From: Candidatus Sulfomarinibacteraceae bacterium
GTDB taxonomy: Bacteria; Acidobacteriota; Thermoanaerobaculia; Thermoanaerobaculales; Sulfomarinibacteraceae
Direction of reading: 5' to 3'
Assembly: GCA_963796455.1 (NCBI GenBank)
Contig: CAWCLO010000004.1
Span: forward strand, 416,001-480,000
Length of the DNA: 64,000 nt
The notes beneath the pieces were generated by a model that was not told the origin of the DNA, searched no databases, and saw only the letters and a program-made list of their open reading frames with translations. The position numbers and the translations under genes were made by a program. Shown one piece after another: positions 1 to 9,600 of the stretch (position 1 is the stretch's first letter; every line of letters begins with the position of its first letter).

Positions 1-380
1 TCACGTTGGGGCGACGGGGCGGTGAAGTCGTGGCTCCTGTTGTTGCCGTTCTTCCAGTCGGCAGTGCCATAGGAGATTCCCACCAGGATGAGATCGGGAA
101 CCTCTTCGTCGAAAGCCAGATACCGGTAGTAGCCGGCCAGCATCGGAAAGGTGGACCCGCCGTCGAGGAGGTAAACGGTGGGATAGCTGCGGCCGGCATT
201 GGCGCTGTAGCTCTCCGGGAGACGGACAAAGACGTGGTATGTGTGCTCGGCCGCCTTCGATTCGACCCGGTGATATCGGACATCACCAAAGCCCTGCAGG
301 TACTTCGTATCGACCGATTGGCTGAATCCCTGGGCCGCAAATGCGGACCACAGGATGAGGAGAATGCTGCAGCGCCTCAA
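1..380 (-). CDS. Secreted alpha/beta-hydrolase, IroE/BesA-like putative esterase (partial; 3' end runs off the window)
   Basis: Manual translation from TTG at 380: signal peptide (LRRCSILLILWSAFAAQGFS), then YHVFVRLPESY..YPTVYLLDG..DLILVGISY..NRSHDFT. Absent from the ORF track because it has no stop in the window. Confidence 0.8.
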   Translation of the reverse strand, partial: MRRCSILLILWSAFAAQGFSQSVDTKYLQGFGDVRYHRVESKAAEHTYHVFVRLPESYSANAGRSYPTVYLLDGGSTFPMLAGYYRYLAFDEEVPDLILVGISYGTADWKNGNNRSHDFTAPSPQR

Positions 381-392
381 TGGATGAAAGCC

Positions 393-1007
393 CTATTGAT
401 CTCTTCGGGTGTAGGTGATCACCGCATTTTTGAGCTCACCGTCACCCTTGTCCATGTAGGTCGTATAGGTGAAATGGTCATCATCGACCCAACGGTATTC
501 GCTTCGGTAGCCGATACTGCCGCCGGTCATCGGATCGCTGAATGACGTGGCCATGTCGCGGGACCGGCCGTCATCGGTACATGATCCTTCGAAGTACAAG
601 ATGAGGGTGCCGAAATTGTCGATCCAGACGGATTCGTAACGCTTGTCGCCGTTGTTGTAGGCCTCGATGGCCATGCCCTCGTACGGCATGTCTCCGAAAT
701 TACCGGTGTGGATCCACGAAAGATAGCGACCACCCATGATCATCTCGGCTTCCGCTGTGCTCGTTTCCATCATGGGCTCTGTGCCCGGGGCCATCCACAT
801 CTGCACTTCGCCATCCCACGTGCCCACCATGGCGGCCAGGTGCTCGTGGTGCCCGGCCGGTTGGGCGAGCTTCATCCACATCTCCATTTCGGCCATGACC
901 TCGGGCGACATGGCGGGGGCATCGCCCTCCTGGGCCGACGCAAAGGCTGATACCGCAATGATAATTGCGGTGACGACCACAGTTTTGAATGGCGAACGAT
1001 GTTGCAT
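393..1007 (-). CDS. DUF1579 family secreted protein
   Basis: P..HHEHL..MVGTWD..M.MGGRYL..YNN..KRYESVWIDNFGT pattern. ATG at 1007 has an AGGAGGT RBS and a signal peptide follows. Confidence 0.8.
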   Translation of the reverse strand: MQHRSPFKTVVVTAIIIAVSAFASAQEGDAPAMSPEVMAEMEMWMKLAQPAGHHEHLAAMVGTWDGEVQMWMAPGTEPMMETSTAEAEMIMGGRYLSWIHTGNFGDMPYEGMAIEAYNNGDKRYESVWIDNFGTLILYFEGSCTDDGRSRDMATSFSDPMTGGSIGYRSEYRWVDDDHFTYTTYMDKGDGELKNAVITYTRRDQ

Positions 1008-1082
1008 TGGAGACCTCCTGTTTTTTGGTTTTCGCAAACGAGTTGATCGATCAAGAAAACAGGCGCCGATGCCCGGTCATTC

Positions 1083-3725
1083 CTAATTGCGTCCGGACGT
1101 GGTGTTTTTCAATTCTTCAAACCAGTTGAGGATCACCTCGAGGTGGCCTCCCGGAGGATCGGAGATCATGACGAAGTGTTCGCCGTCGGGATGGACGTCG
1201 TACTGCCGTTGCCAGCGGTACTGGCGGAACGATCCTTCGAAGAGTGTTCTTCGGCCGGCGACTCGAAAATCGGGATCGGTGGCGATGGTGACGGCTATGA
1301 ACTTGGAGCCCTCGAAATGGTAGAGCTCGCGCCCATCGGCCGACCACGCAGGGTTGGCACCGCCGGCGATCGACACCTGAACGATACCTCGGGGTGTCGG
1401 AAAGGCCGTGACATAGATCTCGTCTCGGCCGCTCTGGTTCGAAACATAAGCCAGCCAGCGCCCGTTCGGAGAAACCATAGGTGAGAGCTCGTCGTTCTGG
1501 CTGTCGAGAAGAACATCGATCGTTGATTCGTCGGTCATATCGGGCCATCGCATGAGATCCATGCCCTTGCCAGGGATCTCTTCACGATAAACCAAAGTGC
1601 CGTCACTGGACCAGTCGGCGGTGCGGAGATTATGTTCTCGTTCGAGCAGGACCCTCTCGGGTTGGCTCATGTCGAGCGGTCGCAGCATCAGATCGAAAGA
1701 CGCCGATCGGGTGGTGCCATAGGCCAGTTGAGATCCATCAGGGCTCCACACCGGGTAGAAGCCGTTTTCGCTGAGTTTGGTCGGCGCACCTGATTCCAGA
1801 TCGACGACCCAGACGGGCCCGGCACTCTCGTTCAAAGCGATTTTTGACCCGTCCGGTGAAATCCTGGGGTCATTGGTGTCTCGAAAGGGCTGTTGGCCTT
1901 CAAAGACCGGTTTCACATTTCCCTCGAGATCGACCATCACCAACCGTCGGAGACCGCGTTCGTCCATCGGAAGGTAGACCGCGGTTCCAGTCTCCGATAG
2001 AGCGAGTTGCATCGTGGTGCCGTCGATCCGCACCCTCGGTAAGACGGGAACGGGAGTACCTATCGGTTTCAGACGCTGGACATCGAATCGAACTACGAGG
2101 ACCTGATTCGAGTTGGTATAAAGCAGGTGGCCGGTGGGCAGGTAACGAGCATCCGCCCCCTGAAGTCCGAGCTCCTGGACCGAGTAGTCTTCGAGATCGA
2201 GGGCGACGAGTGTGGACTTGGAGCGTTCACCAATCGCCAACAACAGGGTCTTTCCTGACGGCATGGCGAATGGATTCCCAATTGCTTCGGAATCCAGGCG
2301 TTCGGGAGCGACGTCTTCGGTCGGGCCTCCGTTTTCGGGGACCCGGAAAAGCTTGCGTGAGGAGACTATGTATATGAATCCGTCGCGCGACCAGCTCGCA
2401 CCGATCGGAAAGGAAGTGAGGGTGCCGAGGTGGGTCGGGGGGCCTCCGGCGAGGTTGACCTTCCACAGCCCCTCGGTGTTGACAAAGCCGATCCACGAAC
2501 CGTCGGGCGAAAAGAAAGGAAGGCGCGCTCCGCCGGCAGCGTTGATCGGGTGAACCTCGAACTCGTCGATTCGGCGGTAGTAGAGCACGTCGTCCGATCC
2601 GCCCGCAGCGCTGGTGACGATGATCGTGCCATCGGGTGAGAGATCCAGAGCACGGCCGTCACCGAATCGCTGGCCCTGGGTTTTCGGGTACTCCATGGCG
2701 AACCGGCCGACCAGGGGATCGGGCGCCTCGGATCTGAGGACGCTGAACCCTATTGCTGCCAGTGCGACAAGGCCCGCGAAGGCCGCCGCGATCCATGGCA
2801 GCCGACCGGTTGCAGGACCCCCTTGCTGACCATCCACCGGTGCTCCGTGGTCGCTCGAATCGGTCTCGGAATGCTCGAGCGCGATGCGCGCCTCGCCGAT
2901 GTCTCGCAACCGGCGCCGCGAATCCTTCTCGGTGCATCGCGTGATCAGTCGGCGGACCGATGCCGGGGTGTTTTTTGGCAACAACTCGGGGTCGGGTTCC
3001 CTGGTCAGGACCGCGGCGAGGGTGTCCGAAATCGTGTCTCCCGCAAATGCCCGCGATCCGGTCATCATCTCGTGGAGAAGACACCCGAAGGCCCAGATAT
3101 CGGCACGTTTGTCGACCGCCTGGCCGCGCGCCTGTTCGGGCGACATATAGGCGGCAGTGCCGAGGATCATCCCGGCGACGGTGCCCGCGCTGGTCAGAGT
3201 GGGCGAGATGGATGGGTTGGCACCGCCAGACCCCGGGTCGGCGTCGAAGGATTTGGCGAGACCGAAATCGAGCACCTTGACCCGGCCATCCGGGGTGACC
3301 ACGACGTTGGCTGGTTTGAGATCGCGGTGTATCACTCCCTGCTCGTGGGCGGCCTCCAGCGCTTCGGCGATCTGGCCGGCACAATCGATCGCCCGGTCTA
3401 CCGACAGGGGACCGTTTTCGAGCATCGCGGAGAGATCCTGGCCGGGCACAAGCTCCATGGCGATGAACCGTTCGCCGCCCGGACCTTCGTGCAGACCATA
3501 GACCGCGGCGATATTCGGGTGATTCAGCGAGGCGAGGAGCTTTGCTTCCCGCTCGAATCGTGCCAGGCGATCGGCATGAGAGCCGAGGGCCTCGGGCAGT
3601 ACTTTGATCGCGACCTCGCGTTCGAGAGTCGTATCGGTGGCCCGATAGACCTCGCCCATCCCACCTTCGCCGAGCTTGTCGACGATGCGGTAATGAAGAA
3701 ACTCCGTACCTGGTTGTAGAGACAT
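1083..3725 (-). CDS. Ser/Thr protein kinase with TM helix and C-terminal TolB/PD40-like beta-propeller
   Basis: [33 protein letters not shown]; one TM segment; repeated SPDG/WSxDG blades. Confidence 0.93.
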   Translation of the reverse strand: MSLQPGTEFLHYRIVDKLGEGGMGEVYRATDTTLEREVAIKVLPEALGSHADRLARFEREAKLLASLNHPNIAAVYGLHEGPGGERFIAMELVPGQDLSAMLENGPLSVDRAIDCAGQIAEALEAAHEQGVIHRDLKPANVVVTPDGRVKVLDFGLAKSFDADPGSGGANPSISPTLTSAGTVAGMILGTAAYMSPEQARGQAVDKRADIWAFGCLLHEMMTGSRAFAGDTISDTLAAVLTREPDPELLPKNTPASVRRLITRCTEKDSRRRLRDIGEARIALEHSETDSSDHGAPVDGQQGGPATGRLPWIAAAFAGLVALAAIGFSVLRSEAPDPLVGRFAMEYPKTQGQRFGDGRALDLSPDGTIIVTSAAGGSDDVLYYRRIDEFEVHPINAAGGARLPFFSPDGSWIGFVNTEGLWKVNLAGGPPTHLGTLTSFPIGASWSRDGFIYIVSSRKLFRVPENGGPTEDVAPERLDSEAIGNPFAMPSGKTLLLAIGERSKSTLVALDLEDYSVQELGLQGADARYLPTGHLLYTNSNQVLVVRFDVQRLKPIGTPVPVLPRVRIDGTTMQLALSETGTAVYLPMDERGLRRLVMVDLEGNVKPVFEGQQPFRDTNDPRISPDGSKIALNESAGPVWVVDLESGAPTKLSENGFYPVWSPDGSQLAYGTTRSASFDLMLRPLDMSQPERVLLEREHNLRTADWSSDGTLVYREEIPGKGMDLMRWPDMTDESTIDVLLDSQNDELSPMVSPNGRWLAYVSNQSGRDEIYVTAFPTPRGIVQVSIAGGANPAWSADGRELYHFEGSKFIAVTIATDPDFRVAGRRTLFEGSFRQYRWQRQYDVHPDGEHFVMISDPPGGHLEVILNWFEELKNTTSGRN

Positions 3726-3900
3726 CGTCGCAATATTACAGCAATTTCGTGATTCCGCACACCTCCGGGAATCAATTTCGGGACTCGAACGGTTGCTGTC
3801 GAATGACTGTTCACTTTTTTGACGGGGTCAGAGAACGATATTTGAGAGAGTGTTTCTTGAACGAAGATGCACGGTGATGGTTGGTTTTGGGGGGGCAGGG

Positions 3901-4854
3901 ATGAAGCGTGAGTGGATATTGACAGGGGTGACAATTGCTGTCTTTTTGATGGCGGGTGGAATGGGGGCAGAAGTGGCAAAAGACCCGGTGACGAGTTCTC
4001 AGACCCGAAATCTGGCCGGGGTCCGCAGCCTCGTGGAGGCGATCAACAACCGCGATGCAGCGGCCGGCGCCGGACACTTCGCTTCTGCGGCGACCTGGAG
4101 CCGGGGCGGTGGTTCGTCCGTTCAAGGCCGAGATCGATTTGCCGATTTGTTGAAGAGTTTTTTCGCGGCCTTTCCCGACGCTGCCGTCACTCCGACGGAA
4201 ATGCTTGCATTCGGATCGGACACGGTTCTTCTGGAGTGGGTCCTGACGGGCACTCATCTTGGTGACTGGACGGTTCCGGGCGCGACGAAAATGATTCCCG
4301 CGACGGGCCGTTCGATCGAGGTGGTCGGTGCCGACCTGTTTGTCTTCAATGCATCCGGAGAGATCGAGTCGGACGAAGTCCGGATCGATACCGGCGCGAT
4401 GTTGCAGCAACTCGGTGCCACTCCGGACGCGTCGCCGGCCGCTGCCGATTTGCGACAATTCGCCCAAGGCTACACCGACGCCTGGAACAGCAAGACTCCA
4501 GCGAAGATGGCCGCCTTTTTTTCAGAAGAAGGCTCGCTCAAAGTGAACGCCGGTGCACCGGCGGTTGGGCGCGAGGCCATCGCCGATGTCGCCGAGAGCT
4601 TCATGACCGCGTTTCCGGACATGAATTTGCTGATGGACGAATTGCACGTGCAGGGCGATCGCGCCGTTTATCGTTGGACCTTTGTTGGGACCAACAGCGG
4701 TCCGGGAGGATCAGGGAAGGCAGTTCGCTTCAGCGGCTATGAGGTGTGGCGCATCGGTGCGGACGGTCTGATCAAGGAGTCGCGCGGCCATTTCGACAGT
4801 GGAGGGTATCTCCAGCAACTCGAGTTCGGTGTCGACAACAACCCTGCCGGATAG
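3901..4854 (+). CDS. Secreted protein with tandem SnoaL/NTF2-like (ester cyclase) domains
   Basis: Two AFPD-containing NTF2-like domains (GTH.G..PATGR; GTNSGPGGSGKAVRFSG). ATG at 3901 gives a signal peptide. Confidence 0.82.
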   Translation: MKREWILTGVTIAVFLMAGGMGAEVAKDPVTSSQTRNLAGVRSLVEAINNRDAAAGAGHFASAATWSRGGGSSVQGRDRFADLLKSFFAAFPDAAVTPTEMLAFGSDTVLLEWVLTGTHLGDWTVPGATKMIPATGRSIEVVGADLFVFNASGEIESDEVRIDTGAMLQQLGATPDASPAAADLRQFAQGYTDAWNSKTPAKMAAFFSEEGSLKVNAGAPAVGREAIADVAESFMTAFPDMNLLMDELHVQGDRAVYRWTFVGTNSGPGGSGKAVRFSGYEVWRIGADGLIKESRGHFDSGGYLQQLEFGVDNNPAG

Positions 4855-4857
4855 CAG

Positions 4858-4933
4858 GGGTGGCGGGGTGGTCTGATCGGGCGCTGAAACCCTGATCGGA
4901 CCAACCCAGCCGCGGGTGTGACCCACGCCACCC
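4858..4933. repeat. Intergenic nested inverted repeat (REP-like hairpin)
   Basis: GGGTGGCG-GGGT ... ACCC-A-CGCCACCC encloses GGTCTGATC-GGG ... CCC-T-GATCGGACC. Confidence 0.5.
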
Positions 4934-5000
4934 GGACCCTTGGCGTCAACTGCCACAATGTCTGGGAGTATTGAGCACCCTTCAAGGGAGGGAATGGAGC

Positions 5001-6674
5001 ATGGCCGGACGCCGGTCTTACGTCGTTGTTGCCTTTGTGGCGACCATCTTTGCTCTGCTTTCGGGCCCTCGGCCGGCGACTGCGCAGGGAAACGACGTCG
5101 AGGTGACAGTCGATCTGGCGGCGGGTGGCCGTGAAATCTCGCCCGCCATCTTTGGTGTCAGCTTCGCCGACGCCGAACAGCTCGCATCGGTGCCATACCC
5201 CGCCAATCGTTGGGGTGGCAACTCCGTCACCCGATACAACTGGCAGGCGGATGTCAGTAACAAGGCCTCTGACTGGTTCTTCATGAATATTGCCGAAGCG
5301 AGTGTCGATCCGGCGCTCCTACCCGATGGATCCACTGCCGACGTCTTTGTGTCTGAGAGCCTTGGCGCAGGCTCGAAACCCTTGATGACCCTGCCTTTGA
5401 TCGGGTGGGCGCCGATCGGAGTTCGGGAGAAGCGTTGGGGATTTTCAGTCGCGAAGTACGGCAGCCAGGATCAGACGGAATGCACCGCGACGGGTGGGGC
5501 GTCCTGGTGTCAGACCGACGCCGGCAACGGGTTTTCGGGTGGGAGCAAACTCAACGGTAACGATCCCACCGACACCTCGATGGCGATCGACGAGACCTGG
5601 GTCACCGATTGGGTGAACCATCTCGGACCCTTTGTGCGGTGGTTCGCGCTCGACAACGAACCCATGCTGTGGTCGGAGACTCATTTTGATGTCCACCCGA
5701 CTCCGTTGACCTATGACGAGATCTGGAGCCGGACCGCAGCGATCGGCACGGCGGTCAAGACCGCCCGTTCCGATGCCAGGACCTTTGGCCCTGTGGTATG
5801 GGGTTGGTGCGCTTTCTTCTATTCGGCGGCGGATGGATGCAGTTCGGGCGCCGACCAGGCGTCCCACGGCGACCAGCCATTTCTCGAGTGGTATCTCGAC
5901 CGGATCTGCGAGCACGAGGCGACCACCGGGGTGCGTCCTGTGGACGTTCTCGATATTCACTACTATCCGCAGGGTGGACAGGCGCTCACCTCAGAGGGCG
6001 ACTCCAACCTCCAGGCATTGCGGCTCCGCTCGGTCAAAGATCTCTACGACCCGAGCTACAACTCCGAATCCTGGATCAACCAACCGGTCCGCCTGATACC
6101 GCGAATGCGCGAGTTGATCGAACAGCGGTGCCCAGGGCTCGGTCTCGCCGTCACCGAATACAACTGGGGACAGGAGGGTATCTCCTCGGCATTGGCCCAG
6201 GCCGAAGTCCTCGCCGTTTTCGCGCGAGAAGGAGTGTTTGCGGCCATGCGCTGGGTCGCTCCGGAGGTCGGCAGCCGGATGGAGGATGCTTTCAGATTGT
6301 TTCTGGACTATGACGGCGTTGGTTCCCGGGTCACGGGTACGAGCCGTTCGGCTGTCAGTTCGGATATTGATCGGGTCGGAAGCTACGCGGTCGAATCGGC
6401 TACCGGTGAGCTCCTGTTGCTTCTGTTCAACAAAAGCACCACGTCTGAAGACGTTCACTTCACCGTGACCCAGGCGGCCGCGGGGACTGCATCGATCTTT
6501 CGATTCACCGAGGCCGAGGCGCTGAGTGGTGCAGGCACGGTCGAGGTGGCTGCCGGAGCTTTTGATCTTGTCTTACCGTCCCGTTCGGCTTCCCTCCTGG
6601 TCCTGCCCGGTGCGACCGACCGCGTCTTTGCCGACGGATTCGCCAGCGGTACGACTTCAGCCTGGTCGAACTGA
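5001..6674 (+). CDS. Glycoside hydrolase family 44 (endoglucanase/xyloglucanase-like), secreted, with C-terminal FADGF tail
   Basis: NRWGGNSVTRYNW, LDNEP (acid/base Glu), DIHYYPQ, TEYNWG (nucleophile Glu); signal peptide; ends DRVFADGFASGTTSAWSN. Confidence 0.85.
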   Translation: MAGRRSYVVVAFVATIFALLSGPRPATAQGNDVEVTVDLAAGGREISPAIFGVSFADAEQLASVPYPANRWGGNSVTRYNWQADVSNKASDWFFMNIAEASVDPALLPDGSTADVFVSESLGAGSKPLMTLPLIGWAPIGVREKRWGFSVAKYGSQDQTECTATGGASWCQTDAGNGFSGGSKLNGNDPTDTSMAIDETWVTDWVNHLGPFVRWFALDNEPMLWSETHFDVHPTPLTYDEIWSRTAAIGTAVKTARSDARTFGPVVWGWCAFFYSAADGCSSGADQASHGDQPFLEWYLDRICEHEATTGVRPVDVLDIHYYPQGGQALTSEGDSNLQALRLRSVKDLYDPSYNSESWINQPVRLIPRMRELIEQRCPGLGLAVTEYNWGQEGISSALAQAEVLAVFAREGVFAAMRWVAPEVGSRMEDAFRLFLDYDGVGSRVTGTSRSAVSSDIDRVGSYAVESATGELLLLLFNKSTTSEDVHFTVTQAAAGTASIFRFTEAEALSGAGTVEVAAGAFDLVLPSRSASLLVLPGATDRVFADGFASGTTSAWSN

Positions 6675-6687
6675 CGGGTCGTACCGT

Positions 6688-9600
6688 TCATTCGCCCATG
6701 CGGCGGAAGGTGGAGGCCAGTTCCTGAGCCACCTCGGCGGTTCCGAGCCCGCCGGTTTCCTGCCGCAATTCGCGCTCGAGCGTGAGAATGCGGTAGGGGT
6801 CGGTCTCTTCCGCGCCGATCTGCCGCATCCGCGTCGCCATGTCTTCCCAGTAGCGGATGTCCGCGGCAATCTGTTGTGCCTGTGGAGAGCCCGGAGGTGC
6901 TGCCGCCAGGTCCTGGCGCAGTTTCTTCAGGAGCATGTTGTCGATCTCCTTGGCAGACTCTCGGCACCGGCCCTGAATTTTGGCGATCGGCGACATCACC
7001 GGGTCGTCGGCGATCTTGTTGCCCTTGACTTCCACTACCCTCCCGACGTCCGCCACATCCCCCGGTGCGACCCGCGAAAAATCGACCCGCTCGCGGAGGA
7101 GGGCCCTCGAAGAAAAAGACTCCGAGTGCGCGCTGGTGGTGAGGTTGACCTCGGAACGTACGGCGCTGAAACCGGTGGTCGTGTGATATGCGCGGTTGAG
7201 AGCCCGCTGTGCGTCGTCCTGGAACTGCGCGACATCGACCACGGTCCGGGCCCCGGTTTCGGGATCGATACGGATGATTTCGAGCCCATCCGGTTCATCC
7301 ATCGCCAGATCGAGATCCATGCTCGATGTCCCTGCCGAAGATGCGTTTCGGACCGGTCGGAAACGGAGATTCGAGGTGTCGTATCCCAACTCGGTCAACT
7401 GCCGTTCAAACTCGGGCATCATGTCGTCATAGCTCTGGTTGATCGCCCGGCTGAAGGCCCGCCGCACCGATGGGTGGGCCTTGTATTTGAGCATCCATTT
7501 GCAATGGAAGGAGGAATTGAGTGAGGTCGCCAACTCGGCCACCTGACGTTCGGCCGCTGCGAGTTCCGCGGAACCCGCCGGGTAGCGGGTCCTGGCCTGC
7601 ATCAGGGTGATCTGCGAGTCCCGAAAATGGTCAACCAGGGACTGGGCGTCGTCCATATCCTGCTGGAATTTTGCCGCCGCAAACTGCTGCTGCACCGTAG
7701 GACGCTGCCAGCCGACCGGTCGGAAGAGCCGGCTGTTCTTTCCAAAAACCGCCAGAGCACCGCGAGCAGTCAGAGTGGCCCCAAGCTGGAACGCCTTCGA
7801 CGTGGCGTAGGCGTAGCCTGCGTTCTTGGCTCCCTGCCACAGTCCATCGCGCCAGTCTGCGTTCGGGTTCGTCATGCCCTGACGCCAACCCTGGACGAAC
7901 TGAACGCTGAGTGCGCCCAGCGGAGAGGCGTCCGAGATCGCGTTAGTGACCCCCTCGTAGGGCCCGCCAGCGATCGTCCCGGTGATGCCGCCGTAGACTC
8001 CGCCGAGGATCTGTGGCGACCACAGTGTGATGGCGGCCGTTTCGCCAAAGGCCTGTGCGCACGCGGCAGATCCGAAACCGGTGGCGATGCTGCCGGCCGT
8101 CATGACCACCGTCTGGGCGTAGAACTCGTGCTCCTGGGCGGCGATGGCCTTTTCCTCCTCGCGGGCTGCCACGCCCTCCCAGTGGCCCATGACCATGTCG
8201 TTGAGCGAACCGGCGAGCTTGCGCGCTTTCTCGACGTCGCCGCGCGCCACCGTCGCGGGGTCGAGAATCTCCCTCGCCCGCGCCCGCATGGCTGCCCTCT
8301 GCTCCCAGGGCAGGAGTTCGATCTGCCGTTCGACCCCGACTGCGATGCGTCGCGCCGCATCGACCCGAGCGGCGTTTTCGCGGACGTTGTGGACAAACTG
8401 AGTCTGCGCCCAGTCGTCATAAGGTGTCCTGGTATGGACGATCCGGCCGGCGCGGTAGGAGTTTGCGAGGTCCCTTTCAGCCTGGATGTCAGCCTGGAGG
8501 GTGAGGACTCTCAGCGCCAGTTCCTTGCGCCGTCTGGGGTCCTTTTCCTTGCCCAGCTCTTCTCGTTCGCGCTCGAGATTTCGTTCGAGGGAGTTCGCCA
8601 TGGAATCGTGGAAGGCGATGGTCTCATCGACCGCCCGGCGCGCATCATCCTCTTCGGCCGACGGCCGGGTCGGTGTCGGTTGTGGCGGAACGGCGGCCAC
8701 GACCACCGGTGACTGCGGCGGTGAGCCCGGATCCGGTGCCGACCCCTGCAGGAGTTGCGCAACGAGATCACGGTTGCCGTTGAAGAAAAGATTCCAGTTT
8801 TCCAGCGCGTATTCTCTGAACCGCTCGGCGGCGGCAACCCGTTCAGGCGTGTGCTGATAGCAGTAGATGGGCTCGGAGTGAGGATCGCGCCAGTAACGCC
8901 CTCCCTCCCATTTGGGATCACCGCCGAAAACAGCCGGCGGCACGTCGACTTCGAGCCGGTCAGCCACACCGTCGGCGACCATGTTCCAGGATTCTCCAAA
9001 CACCCCCATCGGAGTGCCGTAACTGGTCAGGACAACGGTGTCGCTGGAAGGCATCTTTTTGCCGATGAGCATGAGATCGAAGATCCCCGCCACGTGGTGG
9101 TGTTCTTTGACCAGAAGATCGCAGTCGCTTCCGCCACCCGGGCAGACCTCGATCAGATCAGCCTGCGAAACGTCGTATCCGGCCGCATCCAGCGGTGCGA
9201 TCCGCTCCATGTATTCCTGGCTCACGACGTAGAGAACCCACATCTCCGGTTCGGGCGAGTAGACGGTCATGACCGAAAGCCAATTGCCATCTGCGTCGTG
9301 CCACATGCCGTCGATTGGAGAACCTGCGTCGTCTCGCAGCGCCCGGCGAAATCGCTTCCTGGCCTGACAGCGTTCGTCGAAGGGATTTGGTGGGTTGCCC
9401 AACTCCTGGATTTTTCGCGCGATCTCGGTGAGCCCGACCTGGAGCGATTCGATCACGGCGGTCTGACGGTCGGCCACCGCCATCGCGTCAAGCCAGGCGT
9501 CGGAGGAGTCTGCAGCAATCGCGTAGGCCGCGTCGTGCATCGCGGCCTGAGCAGCGACCGCGGCCCGGGTCAGAGCTTCGCGACCGGAGAGGAACTGGCC

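Noticed and set aside
6..545. Plus-strand 179-aa ORF
   Set aside because: Antisense shadow of the minus-strand esterase and DUF1579 genes, which carry real family motifs.
4858..4933. TPP riboswitch
   Set aside because: CTGAAA/CCTGATC resemble TPP words, but the CTGAGA and AGCGTAGGGA elements are absent and the downstream gene is unrelated to thiamine.
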